Shown here piece after piece: positions 1 to 7,745 of a stretch of 64,000 nt of DNA. The notes under the pieces are model-generated. The model ran no database searches, was not told the DNA's origin, and saw only the letters and a program-made list of their open reading frames with translations. Numbering within the stretch: the first letter of the stretch is position 1; every line of letters begins with the position of its first letter. The DNA is from a virus (Duplodnaviria; Caudoviricetes). The translations under genes were made by a program, and so were the position numbers. Where the stretch lies: positions 1 to 64,000 of IMG/VR virus record IMGVR_UViG_2933814219_000003; one strand, given 5' to 3'.

Positions 1-279
1 ATGGCAGACGGCCTACCGTCAGACCCCTCGTTTAGGCTTCCGGCCGTGGCGAAACCGAGTGAGAACCTGATCAAACTGTGCCGTGCTGCTATCGAGGCGG
101 AGCGGGTGGCGACCTCCGAGCCGTACACGCAGGAGGGCTGGGCAGCGTGGATGAAGGCGGCGGAAACGTTCCAGCGGGCCGTCGTCGAGGAGGCCAAGCA
201 GGAGCCGAAGCAGAGCCGCTTGGAGCTGGAGCAGGCGGCGAAGAAGGCCGTGCTGCACCCGGAGCCGGACGGCGAGTAG
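1..279 (+). CDS. hypothetical protein
   Basis: 92 aa ORF with GC-rich codon usage, followed by a hairpin at about 294-329. Confidence 0.6.
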   Translation: MADGLPSDPSFRLPAVAKPSENLIKLCRAAIEAERVATSEPYTQEGWAAWMKAAETFQRAVVEEAKQEPKQSRLELEQAAKKAVLHPEPDGE

Positions 280-588
280 CCCCAGAAGCAGCCCCGCCCC
301 CGTCCTGGGAGCAGCCAGGCGGGGGCGGTGAGCAATCCCCTTGTTCGCGGGCCCGTGAGCCCTGGGGGTTGATGTGACAAGCCTACGACCGGGCACTGAC
401 AACCCGGGCTCGATCAGGCCCGGCGTGGCGAGCGACCTTATTGCGGACCTGCGCAAAATGGCGCCCCCGTCGACGGGGGTGGCGACGGGGGCACGCCCAG
501 TGTGGCAGGGCAGACGCGGGCGCGGTGGGCGATACGCTGACACGGCGACGCCCCGGCACTATCACTGCCGGGGCGTCGCGCTGTGCTG

Positions 589-741
589 CTACTTCTCGGT
601 GGTTGCACACCTACGGCACCGTGGCGTGCCCTCCGGCGCGTAGTCGTGTTCCGCGAAGGTCTGCTTGCCGCTCGGGCGACAGTGGTCCGTCAGCTCGGGG
701 AGATCCTGCTTCGCTCCGCCGACGGGCGGCATGTACTCCAT
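589..741 (-). CDS. small Cys/His-rich hypothetical protein
   Basis: MEYMPPV... with RBS GAGGA upstream, HC...CRRC. Confidence 0.5.
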   Translation of the reverse strand: MEYMPPVGGAKQDLPELTDHCRPSGKQTFAEHDYAPEGTPRCRRCATTEK

Positions 742-752
742 GGTCGTGGTCC

Positions 753-950
753 TCACTGCTCGGTCTGGGGGTTCGCTTCGGCGATCACGGCGTTGATGAG
801 CTGCCGTGCGTAGGTCTCGGTGAGCGCTCGGTCGAGGCGGGCCGGGCGGCACAGGTGGTCCATCAGGAGGTGGCGGGGGCTTTCTCCGTGCGCCAGGATC
901 GCGTCCAGGTGCGGGTGGCCTCCCGGCCGGGATTCAAGCCGGTCGCTCAT
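753..950 (-). CDS. hypothetical protein
   Basis: MSDRLES...TEQ, RBS AAGGAG, part of a tightly packed array. Confidence 0.55.
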   Translation of the reverse strand: MSDRLESRPGGHPHLDAILAHGESPRHLLMDHLCRPARLDRALTETYARQLINAVIAEANPQTEQ

Positions 951-952
951 GG

Positions 953-1081
953 TCAGCTCTCCTTGGCGGTGGGCCCGTACTGGGCTCCGTCGTCGTAGAT
1001 CGGGTCGGCCGGGGTGTCGTGCGGGGGCTGAGCGTCCGGGTTGGGGCCGTAGGTTGCGCCGTCGTCGTAGATGCCGCTCAT
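953..1081 (-). CDS. 42-aa peptide with internal duplication
   Basis: MSGIYDDGATYGP...IYDDGAQYGP, RBS GAGGA. Confidence 0.5.
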   Translation of the reverse strand: MSGIYDDGATYGPNPDAQPPHDTPADPIYDDGAQYGPTAKES

Positions 1082-1092
1082 GGTCGTGGTCC

Positions 1093-1323
1093 TCACTGCT
1101 CGGTGGTGGTGATCTGCGCGTGCAGGGCCCGCAGGTCGTCGAGGGTGATGCCAGTACGGACGCCTTCGCCGTAGATGTTGTTGGTCGCTTCGACGACCAG
1201 CCAACTGCCATCGGTGTCGGCATGTGCGGCGAGCGTGTGGGCCAGCCGCTCGGCCGGGGTTGTCGGCTCGGGACCGAGCTGCTCGATCGTCTCCTGACGC
1301 ATGCGGTACATCGAGGAAGCCAT
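1093..1323 (-). CDS. hypothetical protein
   Basis: MASSMYRM...TEQ, RBS AAGGAG. Confidence 0.6.
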   Translation of the reverse strand: MASSMYRMRQETIEQLGPEPTTPAERLAHTLAAHADTDGSWLVVEATNNIYGEGVRTGITLDDLRALHAQITTTEQ

Positions 1324-1325
1324 GG

Positions 1326-1631
1326 TCAGTTCTCCTTGTGGTGTCGGTTGATGTGGTTGTTGATGCTGGCCGGGGCCCCGGCGTAACCGCAGCCCCGGGG
1401 GCAGAGCTTCCAGCCGCTCTTGAGGGCAGCGGCCCGGATGGTCCCCTTCTTGCCGCCGGGCGCGTGCCCCGTGTCGTGAAGGAGTTGAGCCACGGAAGCC
1501 TCGTGATAGACGACCATGTAGGCGGCTTCGGCAGTCTTGTCGTGCCCAGGCGCAAAGCGACGGCCGTAGCCGGGGACAGCGTCGCAACCACACCAGCAGG
1601 TGCCGTTCGGTTCGGGGAGTTCGTTGCTCAT
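1326..1631 (-). CDS. putative Zn-binding protein
   Basis: CWCGC...GHD and CPRGC...H...H motifs. Confidence 0.65.
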   Translation of the reverse strand: MSNELPEPNGTCWCGCDAVPGYGRRFAPGHDKTAEAAYMVVYHEASVAQLLHDTGHAPGGKKGTIRAAALKSGWKLCPRGCGYAGAPASINNHINRHHKEN

Positions 1632-1730
1632 GGGTAGACCGTAGCGGGAATCCACACTCAAGGCAACGCTTGGAAACTCAAGAGTTTTCTTGGCTCAGGA
1701 CTCCGAGGTTGCAACCCACCTCACCACCCT

Positions 1731-1751
1731 TAGACTCGAACGCATGTACGA
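1731..1751 (+). promoter_or_regulatory. -10 box (TAGACT) plus actinobacterial LexA/SOS box-like site
   Basis: TCGAAC-GCAT-GTACGA at 1736-1751, one mismatch to TCGAAC-N4-GTTCGA, overlapping ATG 1744. Confidence 0.65.
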
Positions 1752-2088
1752 TCTGCCGCCCGACCTCGACCGCCTCCGCACCCTCGAAACGTGGCTCACC
1801 CTCACCCTCGAACGCGTCCGGCAGCAGATCAAAGACGTCGAACAAAGAGAACGGCCCCAAGCCCCCGCACCTCAGCCCACCCCACCCCGCCGACCACGCA
1901 CCCCCGACTGGGGCCTCCTCTACGTCGGCGGCACCCCCGAAATCCACCGCGGCGACTGCTGGGCCACCGGACGCACCCTCCAACCCATCACCACCGAACG
2001 GGCCCGCTCCGAGCTCGCCGACGGGGCCAAAGCGTGCGACATCTGCCGCCCAGACAGGCCACTCGGCATGCCCCAACCCGGAACCTGA
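1744..2088 (+). CDS. DUF6233-like protein
   Basis: LPPDLDRLRTLETWL N-terminus, HRGDCW...ACDICRPD C-terminus. Confidence 0.75.
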   Translation: MYDLPPDLDRLRTLETWLTLTLERVRQQIKDVEQRERPQAPAPQPTPPRRPRTPDWGLLYVGGTPEIHRGDCWATGRTLQPITTERARSELADGAKACDICRPDRPLGMPQPGT

Positions 2089-2102
2089 CGCAGCCTGACC
2101 TC

Positions 2103-2972
2103 GTGGAATACCCCGTCCGACCCGCCCTCGCCCAAGCCGTCCCAGTCATCCCCCACGGTCCCGGCTGGTGGTACGAGCCGAAATTCGACGGTCACAGGAC
2201 GATCCTCCGGCGCACCGAGGACACCGTCATCCTCTACGCCCGGTCAGGCAGGGTCGTCACCAGCCACTGGATGGACCTCGCCGTCGCCGGGATGGGCCTG
2301 CCGACCGGGACCACGCTCGACGGGGAAGCCGTCATCTGGCGCGACGGCAAGGTGAACTTCACCGCAGCCCAGTCCCGGGCCGCGTCCTCCATCACCCGGG
2401 CACGGGCACTCGCCGCACAGCACCCCGCGTCCTACGCCGTCTGGGACGTGCTGGAGCACCCCGACCGCGGGCAGACCACCGGACTCCCCTACACCGAGAG
2501 GCGCCGGCTGCTCCTCGACCTGCTCCACGACATCCCGCCCCCCATCCAAGCCGTACCCGCCACCGACGACCATGCGGTGGCCGTCGCCTGGTACGAAGGC
2601 CTCCAGGAACAAGGCATCGAGGGGATTGTCTGCAAGAAGGGGACGGCAGGCTACCCGCTCGGCCGCCGCGGGTGGACCAAGGTGAGGCACGCCGACACTG
2701 AAGACGCGCTCGTCGTCGGCTACCTCGGCCCCCGACGCCGGCCCCACCGGATCGCACTCGCCATCGGCGATGAGGGCGGGCCCGCCCGGCTATCCGCGCG
2801 GCTCGACCCCGTACTCGCCGGCAGGATCGCCGAGGCGCTCACCGCGGCTGAGGTGCTCGGGGAACGACGGGCTGAAGGGGAGGCGTACACACGGGTCGAG
2901 TCCGACCTCGTCGTCGAAGTGCTCGCCGGTTCCGGCAGGCACGGGACGCTCACCGTCACCCGCATGCGGTAG
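2103..2972 (+). CDS. ATP-dependent DNA ligase (small LigC-like)
   Basis: YEPKFDG adenylation motif, LDGE, EGIVCK, WTKV; GTG start at 2103. Confidence 0.9.
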   Translation: MEYPVRPALAQAVPVIPHGPGWWYEPKFDGHRTILRRTEDTVILYARSGRVVTSHWMDLAVAGMGLPTGTTLDGEAVIWRDGKVNFTAAQSRAASSITRARALAAQHPASYAVWDVLEHPDRGQTTGLPYTERRRLLLDLLHDIPPPIQAVPATDDHAVAVAWYEGLQEQGIEGIVCKKGTAGYPLGRRGWTKVRHADTEDALVVGYLGPRRRPHRIALAIGDEGGPARLSARLDPVLAGRIAEALTAAEVLGERRAEGEAYTRVESDLVVEVLAGSGRHGTLTVTRMR

Positions 2973-2998
2973 CAGCTGGCCAAGCGCACCCTGGACGT

Positions 2999-3208
2999 AT
3001 GGCCGCGCCGATAGTCATCCACCGCCCCTCCCCCACCGGCGGCCGGCGAGTCACCATCCGAGGGCAGATCGCCGGACTAGCCCACACCGACGCCGACGTC
3101 GTCGAATTCCTCCGCCGGGCTGGGCTTCCCGACGCCGACGACCTCCTCGACCAGGGCGACTGGGTCGAATGGCGCGGCGGACGGGCACACCACTACGAAG
3201 CGGCCTGA
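2999..3208 (+). CDS. hypothetical protein
   Basis: 69 aa ORF directly after the ligase, typical codon usage. Confidence 0.65.
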   Translation: MAAPIVIHRPSPTGGRRVTIRGQIAGLAHTDADVVEFLRRAGLPDADDLLDQGDWVEWRGGRAHHYEAA

Positions 3209-3265
3209 CCAGCAGCGGAGCAGAGCAGGGGGAGTGTTCAGCCGAACCCGTGCGACGGTGAAGGT

Positions 3266-3472
3266 ATGGACAAGCCGAAGCAGCGATACCCGCTATCCGT
3301 GGCCAACAGGCTGCGCCCCCACCCATGCCCCGACTGTCAGCGAAAGAGCTGGCCTCGTCCCGATCGGAAGGTCGGCAACTCAACCGAACTGGATCCGGAA
3401 GTCACCGTGGCTTGGTACTGCCCAGACAAGTTCTGCAACAAGTCCGACGGTTTCTTCATCGAGACCCGCTAG
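3266..3472 (+). CDS. small zinc-ribbon-like protein
   Basis: CPDC...CPDKFC. Confidence 0.45.
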   Translation: MDKPKQRYPLSVANRLRPHPCPDCQRKSWPRPDRKVGNSTELDPEVTVAWYCPDKFCNKSDGFFIETR

Positions 3473-3551
3473 CCGAGCCGGCGCCGCCGCTCCTGCGGGG
3501 ATTCAGGAGCGGCAGCCGACCACTGTCAGACCCGGCAGAGATGATGGCCTC

Positions 3552-3731
3552 ATGCCGAAAACGATGCAGAACTACGCCCTCACCTGGACCGATGCCACCG
3601 GGAAGCGCCGCGCGTCCACCGTCGCCTACGACAAACCCAGCGCCGAACACCGGAAGGCCGAGCTCGAAGCCGACGGTGCCACCGACGTGACGGTCGCGTC
3701 GATCCGGCCCGGGGAACTTCCCCAGCCCTGA
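3552..3731 (+). CDS. hypothetical protein
   Basis: MPKTMQNYALTWTD..., 59 aa. Confidence 0.6.
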   Translation: MPKTMQNYALTWTDATGKRRASTVAYDKPSAEHRKAELEADGATDVTVASIRPGELPQP

Positions 3732-3915
3732 GCGCGGGCAGCCGCGAAGCCTCCCGTGGGGAGCCGGGAGGAGCGGCAGGCCCCACCCGCGACGGGGAGC
3801 GCGGGCAGGGCCTGAGAGTGGAAACCTCGCCCTGGAAGGAGGGGTCTCACAAGGGCAACAATGCACCTGTTTCGGCCACAGCGGTAGAGTTGTGACCGGA
3901 AACGGTTGCCTCAGA

Positions 3916-4254
3916 TCAATGCAGGCCCCTGCGGTGCGCCTCGCGCCGGACCCAAGCAGCATGCAGTCCGACTTCTATGGCCAGCTCTCGCGGTTCCCCT
4001 ACAAGGTGATCGGGAACGGGACTCGGCTCACCGTTCCGCTCCGTCAGGAGGTCCGCCTGATGGGTGAGCGACAGCAGGGCAGCACTGAGGTAGCAGTCGT
4101 GCCAGCTGATGCTGTAGCCGGAAGGTGGGCATGCGTGATCGGCGAGCACCGTGGCCATCCGGTGGCGGGCTTCCTTGCCACCGAAGTCAGTCTCGTGTGG
4201 CTCGTCGAGCGTTGGCGACAGGTACTTGGCGGCGTTGACGCGGCCTATGGTCAT
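3916..4254 (-). CDS. hypothetical protein
   Basis: MTIGRVN... with GGGAGG RBS. Confidence 0.55.
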   Translation of the reverse strand: MTIGRVNAAKYLSPTLDEPHETDFGGKEARHRMATVLADHACPPSGYSISWHDCYLSAALLSLTHQADLLTERNGEPSPVPDHLVGEPRELAIEVGLHAAWVRREAHRRGLH

Positions 4255-4360
4255 GAGTCCTCCCAGACTCATTGCGGTCATGCCTCGACCGCTGTAGGCC
4301 CCGCGCCTGCTTCGACGGTAGCGGACGGTCGGCGCGTTGTCTGGGCCGCCCTCCCCCGCC

Positions 4361-5026
4361 TCACAGCCCGAGGGAGGAAGGTTCGATCCCCGCTGGCAAT
4401 GGCCGAGTCCCACAGTGGTCCCCGATGCGGGCCAGGTCGAGCAGCAGACAGACTTCGTCGTCCTCGTAGGCCCACCGCGCGACTGCGCCTTCCACCGCCA
4501 GGTGCATGAGCGTCCGGCTTGGAAGCGTGTAACCGACTTCTAGCGGTACGCGCCACGGGCGGACCTCGAAGGGTGCATGCAAGGATCCATGGATGCCCTG
4601 CTGGTGGAGCGTGCGGACGCCGAGCGCGCGCCAGAAGTTGACGGGCTTGTCCCACCAGAGTGTGCCGTCGCTGTCGGCCCCGTTCTGCGACCTGTCCAGA
4701 TTGGCGCGGAACGGGGCACCGAGGTTCCGTAGCCGTGCCGCGTTTTCGAGTCGATCCGCGTCCGGGCCGGGCGACTCCCCGATCACGATGCGCCGACGGA
4801 CGATGCGACCGTCAGCCAGGCCGTCGAGAACATCGATGAGAGCAGCGACCTGGTGCGCCGGCCAGTAGGCCGGGTTCCGCTGCGTCTGTCCCACCCATGC
4901 GACGAGTTGGCGGTTATAGGTGCCCTCGTAGAGTGATGCGGACATTTTGGCCAGCATGGATGCGCTGTCGGGGTCCGCCTGGCGCTCCTCAAGCAGCAGC
5001 TGGGCAGCATCCTCATGAACGGTCAC
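4361..5026 (-). CDS. hypothetical protein coupled to the resolvase
   Basis: 221 aa, GTGA overlap with the resolvase stop. Confidence 0.7.
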   Translation of the reverse strand: MTVHEDAAQLLLEERQADPDSASMLAKMSASLYEGTYNRQLVAWVGQTQRNPAYWPAHQVAALIDVLDGLADGRIVRRRIVIGESPGPDADRLENAARLRNLGAPFRANLDRSQNGADSDGTLWWDKPVNFWRALGVRTLHQQGIHGSLHAPFEVRPWRVPLEVGYTLPSRTLMHLAVEGAVARWAYEDDEVCLLLDLARIGDHCGTRPLPAGIEPSSLGL

Positions 5027-5679
5027 TTCTCCTCCAGCTCTGAACGCGATGTGGCCGCCATTGTTGGCCGATGGCCTGCCCGGAGCTCCGGCACGTATTT
5101 GTAGATGGTGGTGCGGCTGACGCCGAGGAGCTTGGCGATTGAGCTGATCGACGCCTCTGGGTCGGCAAGCATGGAGCGGGCGTGCCGGATCTGTTCCTCC
5201 GTCATTGCTGGCGGCCTGCCGAGTCGTTGCCCGCGGGCCCGTGCGGCGGCCAGCCCCTCGTGGGTGCCTTGGACGATGAGCTCGCGGATGAACTCGGCGA
5301 GCGCTGCGAAGACGTGGAAGACGAGCCGGCCGCCTGGCGTCGTGGTGTCGAGAGCTTCATGCAGGGAGCGGAAGCCGATGCCGCGCTTGCGTAGTCCGGC
5401 GACGATGGCGATGAGGTCTTGGATGGACCGGCCGAGTCGGTCGAGTGACGGTACGACGAGGGTGTCGCCTTCGCGGAGGTAGTCGAGGGCCTTCCAGAGT
5501 TCTTCGCGCTCGGTGTTCTTTCCGGACTTCTTGTCGGAGAAGGTCCGTTGGCATCCTGCGGCTTCGAGGGCGGCGATCTGGCGGTCGAGCTTCTGACCCT
5601 TGGTGCTGACGCGGGCGTAGCCGATGAGTGCGCCCCCGCCTCCGACGGGATCGAGGAGGTCTTGGGTGTCGAGGTCCAT
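5023..5679 (-). CDS. small serine recombinase (resolvase/invertase)
   Basis: IGYARVST, LDRLGRS, GRPP and C-terminal HTH (IAKLLGVSRTTIYKY). Confidence 0.95.
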   Translation of the reverse strand: MDLDTQDLLDPVGGGGALIGYARVSTKGQKLDRQIAALEAAGCQRTFSDKKSGKNTEREELWKALDYLREGDTLVVPSLDRLGRSIQDLIAIVAGLRKRGIGFRSLHEALDTTTPGGRLVFHVFAALAEFIRELIVQGTHEGLAAARARGQRLGRPPAMTEEQIRHARSMLADPEASISSIAKLLGVSRTTIYKYVPELRAGHRPTMAATSRSELEEK

Positions 5680-5685
5680 GCCTCA

Positions 5686-5751
5686 TTGTCCAACAAAGGG
5701 TGGCGGTCTGTATATGGACATCAGGACTTTCTGTACACCCTTTTTGGACAA
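5686..5751. promoter_or_regulatory. res-like site upstream of the resolvase
   Basis: Inverted repeat TTGTCCAACAAAGGGTG (5686-5702) / CACCCTTTTTGGACAA (5736-5751) in an AT-richer stretch. Confidence 0.55.
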
Positions 5752-5922
5752 CCGTGCGGGCCAGAATGCCCGTTTCGACCCTCAGTTGTTCAAGTAGCCA
5801 GCAATCGATCGATTGATGGACAGTCACGGTCCGCGACGCCGCCGAACGGCTCGACGCGAGCATCTGAGCCGACGTTATGCGCTACCCCCGCCGCGCGGCC
5901 GAGCTCCGACTACTCTCCCGCC

Positions 5923-6258
5923 ATGACAACTCGCCGCCCCTTCCACCCTGGAGACGGACGCCTCCGTTACGTGGGCCCCGCCACCGTCGTCTTCGAGGAC
6001 GGAAGCGAAGTCCCCGTCACTGCCTCCCTCGTCCTGCGCTACGACCCGAGCCGCGATGACAACCGTGAGTCCGACCGGAACAGCACCTGGGCTGGCAGCG
6101 TGACGTTGGCCGAGGAGGTCGCCGATGTCGACCTCTGGGACGCGGCACCTGGCATCCTGCGACTACCCAACGGGCGCGAGAGCGAGTTCATGGCCACCGG
6201 CGGTCCACGGGAGAGCGGCTGCTCCGGCATCGGGCCAGCGCCCTTCGTCGACGCCTGA
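5923..6258 (+). CDS. hypothetical protein
   Basis: MTTRRPFHPG..., followed by a hairpin at about 6275-6305. Confidence 0.55.
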   Translation: MTTRRPFHPGDGRLRYVGPATVVFEDGSEVPVTASLVLRYDPSRDDNRESDRNSTWAGSVTLAEEVADVDLWDAAPGILRLPNGRESEFMATGGPRESGCSGIGPAPFVDA

Positions 6259-6354
6259 GCCCGCCCGCAGCACTGCGCCCCGCCCTCGGATGAGAGCGGG
6301 GCGCAGGCGCGTTCCCTGGCAAGTTGTCAGTGGCCGCAGCTAGGGTTCGGGCGC

Positions 6355-6966
6355 ATGGATGTCCCTTGGTCCGACGTGGCCTCTATCTCTGCCGCAGCCC
6401 TGAGCGCCGTCGCAGCCGCCGGTGCGTGGAGAGCCGCTCACCGCTCGAATGCGACGGCCGACGCTGTGGCAAGCATCGAGCAAAAGCGATGGCAAGCCGA
6501 CCTCACCCCGATGTTCGAGGTGACGATCAAAAGGGCCGAGGGGAGCCGCGCAACCCTCGACGTACAGCTAGTCGGACCTCTTCCGCTCGGCAGCCTGGAC
6601 GAGGTCAGCATCTCCATCACCAGCAGTGACGACGCAGTACGTGACGATCGGCTGGCCGGCGGTCCGAGCCAAGAAGAACTCGACGCCCAGGTGTGGGGGC
6701 CATACCGCTTCACCTTCGGAGCGAACGGGGCAGACGTGAACGGGCGCACGGTCAAACCATTCGCTCTGGCCGTCGGCCGCGGCCACCCCTTCAGCATTGA
6801 GCAGACCCGTCCACCGCACTGGCAAGAGGGGCAGGACCGAGCTGATAGGTGGGAGACCCAATGGGCATGGAAGCCCATCAAGTTGGTTTTCCGATGCCAG
6901 AAGGCGGGGTTCGAGCCTTGGGTGGTGCCCTATGACGTTGAGCGGCCACGGCCCGAGCACTGGTAA
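6355..6966 (+). CDS. N-terminally membrane-anchored hypothetical protein (moron-like)
   Basis: Hydrophobic N-terminal helix, 203 aa. Confidence 0.7.
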   Translation: MDVPWSDVASISAAALSAVAAAGAWRAAHRSNATADAVASIEQKRWQADLTPMFEVTIKRAEGSRATLDVQLVGPLPLGSLDEVSISITSSDDAVRDDRLAGGPSQEELDAQVWGPYRFTFGANGADVNGRTVKPFALAVGRGHPFSIEQTRPPHWQEGQDRADRWETQWAWKPIKLVFRCQKAGFEPWVVPYDVERPRPEHW

Positions 6967-7084
6967 TAGACACCTCTCCCCCGCTGTTTGGTCACAACTC
7001 CATCACCACCGGAACATCCTGCTCCCTGGCACGTGAACGGCTCGTTACGGTCGAGCCTTCACGAACCATCCCAGGGGGGACGAG

Positions 7085-7723
7085 TTGAACACCCGCACAC
7101 TCACCGTCGCGCTCGCATGTATCGCCACCGTGGCCCTCGTCGGCTGCAACCCGGCAGCCACCGACGCGACACCCGACACGCCAGCCGCAACAGAGCCGGC
7201 AACAAAGGCGCCCACCCCGCCAGCCGCCGAGGACGAGCCCGCCGAGAAGAAGGCCATGCCGACCTTCGTCGGCATGGGCCTCCAGTCCGCCCAGGACACC
7301 GCCCAAGCAGAAGGCTTCTTCTCCTTGAGGTCCCACGACAGTGCAGGCCGAGACAGGCTTCAGGCCTTGGACCGGAACTGGAAGGTCTGCTCTCAGAACG
7401 TCGCCCCAGGCAAGATGATCCCGACCGATACGACGCTCGACTTCGGTGCGGTGAAGCTGGAGGAGGAGTGCCCGGCCAGCGACGAGAAGGCACCCGAGGC
7501 TGCTGGCGGGAAGATGCCCGACTTCACCGGCGAGTCAGTGAAAGCTGCTCGCGGCGCACTCGACTCCGGCACGTCGATCACGGTGACCGACGCGGCACAG
7601 GGCCGGATGGTGCTGATGGAGTCCAACTGGCAGGTGTGCGCCCAGGATCCCTCCCCCGGTGCCGCGCTGACCGGGCAGCCGGTCGAGTTCACCGCGGTGA
7701 AGTTCGAGGAAGACTGCCCGTAG
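7085..7723 (+). CDS. lipoprotein with two PASTA-like domains
   Basis: Lipobox LVGC; two repeats MPxFxG...NWxVCxQ...AVKxEExCP. Confidence 0.8.
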   Translation: MNTRTLTVALACIATVALVGCNPAATDATPDTPAATEPATKAPTPPAAEDEPAEKKAMPTFVGMGLQSAQDTAQAEGFFSLRSHDSAGRDRLQALDRNWKVCSQNVAPGKMIPTDTTLDFGAVKLEEECPASDEKAPEAAGGKMPDFTGESVKAARGALDSGTSITVTDAAQGRMVLMESNWQVCAQDPSPGAALTGQPVEFTAVKFEEDCP

Positions 7724-7745
7724 CTGGACCAGCGGCGGGGCCTCG

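Noticed and set aside
1791-2102. N-terminal extension of the ligase
   Set aside because: Overlaps the DUF6233-like gene; ligase-like sequence starts at GTG 2103
3841-5800. Tn3-family transposon
   Set aside because: No transposase or 38-bp terminal inverted repeats found
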